Source of the DNA: Omnitrophica WOR_2 bacterium GWF2_43_52
Lineage (GTDB): Bacteria > Omnitrophota > Gorgyraeia > Gygaellales > UBA12090
Assembly (NCBI GenBank): GCA_001805445.1
Contig: MHGF01000034.1
Location: 102,451-166,450 of the forward strand
Length of the DNA stretch: 64,000 nt
Direction: 5' to 3'
Shown: in pieces, positions 63,981 to 64,000 of the stretch
Position numbering within the stretch: position 1 is the first letter of the stretch
Layout of the letters: every line of letters starts with the position of its first letter
The notes under the pieces: model-generated
What the model was told of the DNA's origin: nothing
Databases searched by the model: none
The model's input: the letters and a program-made list of their open reading frames with translations, nothing else
Position numbers and translations under genes: made by a program

Positions 63981-64000
63981 TACATGAGATTGATGACGGA

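Larger units (their letters stand above)
46478..64000. mobile_element. Prophage (lambda-like head module, serine integrase), left part; extends beyond the window
   Basis: Begins directly 3' of tRNA-Gln with an integrase; higher GC than flanking host DNA (by eye); continuous phage gene set to the window end. Confidence 0.75.

Overview
The window has two parts. Positions 1–46.5 kb are a chromosomal segment of a moderately AT-rich bacterium, probably an uncultivated lineage. Positions 46.5–64 kb are the left part of a lambda-like prophage that runs off the window end.

Host part, in order: a CheC–CheY pair; a four-gene lipid-linked glycosylation cluster (WecB-like epimerase, ArnT/PMT-like GT-C membrane transferase, SAM methyltransferase, GT2 polyprenyl-phosphate glycosyltransferase); a REC plus degenerate-GGDEF regulator; a GT-C–TPR fusion; a type IV pilin; a hairpin-dense 0.8-kb ORF-free region; an origin-proximal-like block rpmH–yidD–yidC–jag(N)–[LAGLIDADG endonuclease]–parA–parB; ndk–yicC–gmk–rpoZ–coaC; a tRNA hotspot (tRNA-Cys, tRNA-Leu, duplicated 5' fragments of tRNA-Val, tRNA-Val) followed by a HEPN/MNT pair; thrS–infC–rpmI–rplT; two trkA paralogs and trkH; pheS–pheT; rarA; a fused MNT-HEPN gene; a secreted repeat protein; MetV-like–iscU–MTHFS; rny–ymdB–xseA–xseB–dxs; a four-subunit 2-oxoacid:ferredoxin oxidoreductase; gltX; an entericidin-like lipoprotein; tRNA-Gln.

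The host part carries an unusual load of small repeats. At least six families of dispersed palindromic, MITE-like elements are present, one of which carries an outward sigma70-like promoter. Short tandem 7–8-nt repeats are embedded in-frame inside pheS, pheT, korA and at the ymdB/xseA junction.

The prophage lies directly next to tRNA-Gln. It encodes a large serine recombinase whose ORF reads through attL and the antisense strand of the tRNA into host DNA. Other genes include duplicated promoter/operator cassettes, a phage sigma factor, a protein with an RNA-polymerase alpha-CTD-like domain, a ParB–DNA methyltransferase fusion, and a lambda-ordered head module (TerS, TerL/gpA-like, gpW-like, portal, protease/scaffold, decoration, major capsid). 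The head module is interrupted by a four-gene insertion containing a GT1-family glycosyltransferase.

No rRNA genes or CRISPR arrays were seen.
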